A stretch of DNA of 64,000 nt from positions 130,078,001 through 130,142,000 of the forward strand of contig NC_086097.1 in the NCBI RefSeq assembly GCF_963921235.1, read 5' to 3'. Positions 62,520-64,000 of the stretch are shown piece by piece; position 1 is the stretch's first letter; every line of letters begins with the position of its first letter. The DNA is from Mobula hypostoma. Taxonomy: Eukaryota. The notes under the pieces are model-generated. The model made no database searches. It saw only the letters and a program-made list of their open reading frames with translations, and had not been told where the DNA came from. Made by a program: the position numbers and the translations under genes.

Positions 62520-63170
62520 ACCATCACTAGATTGGAGTACGGCACAGACAGAGTACAAGAATTCCCACACAAGTCTGACGAAGAGCTTGAAAAAAAGCAG
62601 TAAGTTTTTTTCAAAGGGCATCTTTGATTGGAGTACAGCATAGACACATTAGAAGCATTCCTGCGCAAGTCCAGCAAAGAGCTTTAAAAACCCAGTCTCC
62701 ATAAAAGTGAGGTACCATCTAGCAGAGTGGCCACTGTGCAAGTGGACTGAGACAGAGTGGTAAGGCTTTGCCTCAGCGTGGCTTCAACGAGAACAGGTCT
62801 AAAGTAAGTAGGCAATTTCTTATTTCACTCTAGGAGAATAGGGGGCATGTCTACAGAGCCAATGTTCTGTTCTGAGAGTCAGATGTGGGATTTCTGAGGG
62901 ACGACCAGCCTCCCTGATGGCCAGACCTGCACCAGGTGCTTCAAGATGCAGCTGCTTGGAGACCGCGTTAAGGAACTGGAGCTGCAGCCCAATGACTGCC
63001 AGCTTGTTAGGGATAGTGAAGAGGTGACAATAGCTACAGGAAGGTAGCTAGCCCAAGGTTACAGGAGGCAGATAAATGGGTGACTGTCAAGACGGGGGAA
63101 GGGAGACTGTCAAATAGAGAAAAGCCTCAACAATAAGTACCCCAGTTTGAGTACTGTTGGGGAGAAACGA
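62520..63170 (+). mobile_element. CR1 5' UTR/ORF1 N-terminal remnant (zinc finger/leucine zipper)
   Basis: MSTEPMFCSESQMWDF..SLPDGQTCTRCFKMQLLGDRVKELELQ..DKWVTV..LNNKYPSLSTVG. Confidence 0.7.
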
Positions 63171-63931
63171 CAAGGTTGAAAAGGAAGTACAACGTTCAAA
63201 AGTACGTTTGTAATTTTGACTATTTATTCAGATCTATATTGTGAAAAGAGCAAAGACAGCAGGTAATGGAGGAGACTAATTGGACCTCTCTTTCAAAATG
63301 GGACATAATGGACATGTGGTCAATGCTCACAGTCTTTCTCCCAGGGTTGGGGAATCAAGAACTAGAGGCATAGGTTAAGGTGAGAGGGAAACTTCCATTC
63401 CCAATACTTGAAAGATATTTGGTCAGGAACATGAACAGGAAAGGTTCAGATCAGAGCCAAATATAGGTAAATGGGACTGGCTTAGATTGGAATCTTGGTT
63501 GGCATGGACCAGTTGGGCTGAAGAAGCCATATAACAATGCTGGAATGAGTAGGAAGGGATAAATGGCCACCTACTACACTGTATCAATTCTTTCAATAGG
63601 ATTAGTATTTCAGATGTCTTACCAAGAATGTCTGGAAGGCTTTTCCCATTGCAAATCTTTACATAATCAGACCTATTTCACACATTGCACATCAACACAC
63701 ACATAACTCCTTTAAATGCAGAAGTCCTCCAAGACCTGGATCAACACGTTGACATCGTGTAAAGGCTTGTGTGCTTCAAGGACTCCATTAGGCGATGCCA
63801 ACTCAGGGCCACCCATATTGGAATAGCTGAGGACAAGATACCAGACGAAGATCGATCTAACCCTGTATCCCAAACGGACAGACTTGTGTCTGCTCCTCCC
63901 GGGCCACACTTCAATTAGAAGTGTGAATGCT

Positions 63932-64000
63932 GGGGCCGGCTGGTGGCGCAATGACATCGGTGCCTGACCTGGAAGCGGAGGTTCCCGGGTTCGAAACCAG
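63932..64000 (+). mobile_element. tRNA-derived SINE head (cut off by the window end)
   Basis: Pol III A box tggcgcaatgac (~63944) and B box ggttcgaaacc (63988-63998); CpG-rich; no complete cloverleaf visible. Confidence 0.6.

Noticed and set aside
63932..64000. Functional tRNA gene
   Set aside because: A and B boxes are present but there is no convincing anticodon arm or acceptor stem, and it is truncated by the window; a SINE head is more likely.
53693..64000. Upstream CTDP1 exon (large exon 8 equivalent)
   Set aside because: No minus-strand frame with FCP1 similarity was found; it must lie beyond the window, as does exon 12 on the other side.

Overview
Eukaryotic DNA, almost certainly from a cartilaginous fish (probably a ray, inferred from the repeat families). 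The whole window lies inside one minus-strand gene, CTDP1 (FCP1, RNA polymerase II CTD phosphatase). Three coding exons are present: 53551-53692, 48945-49175 and 4561-4738, equivalent to human exons ~9-11. They have canonical, phase-consistent GT/AG sites; the neighbouring exons lie outside the window. The introns (one is 44.2 kb) are packed with transposable elements: many CR1 LINEs (one with an open 699-aa RT ORF), Rex1/Babar and RTE LINE fragments, a full-length but disabled Nimb/I-group LINE with RNase H and an 8-bp TSD, Penelope-like elements (PLEs; GIY-YIG) with minimal hammerhead ribozymes, a decayed BEL/Pao retrotransposon, a probable solo LTR, two inverted Tc1 copies, a Tigger-type MITE and tRNA-derived SINEs. 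I see no convincing new protein-coding system. The most unusual items are miniature fold-back PLE inserts with 13-bp TSDs (one is a perfect 89-bp hairpin holding an intact hammerhead on the CTDP1-sense strand), a PLE/Rex1 chimera, and the teleost-like Nimb element. Family names come from motif recognition, not database searches, and most repeat boundaries are approximate.
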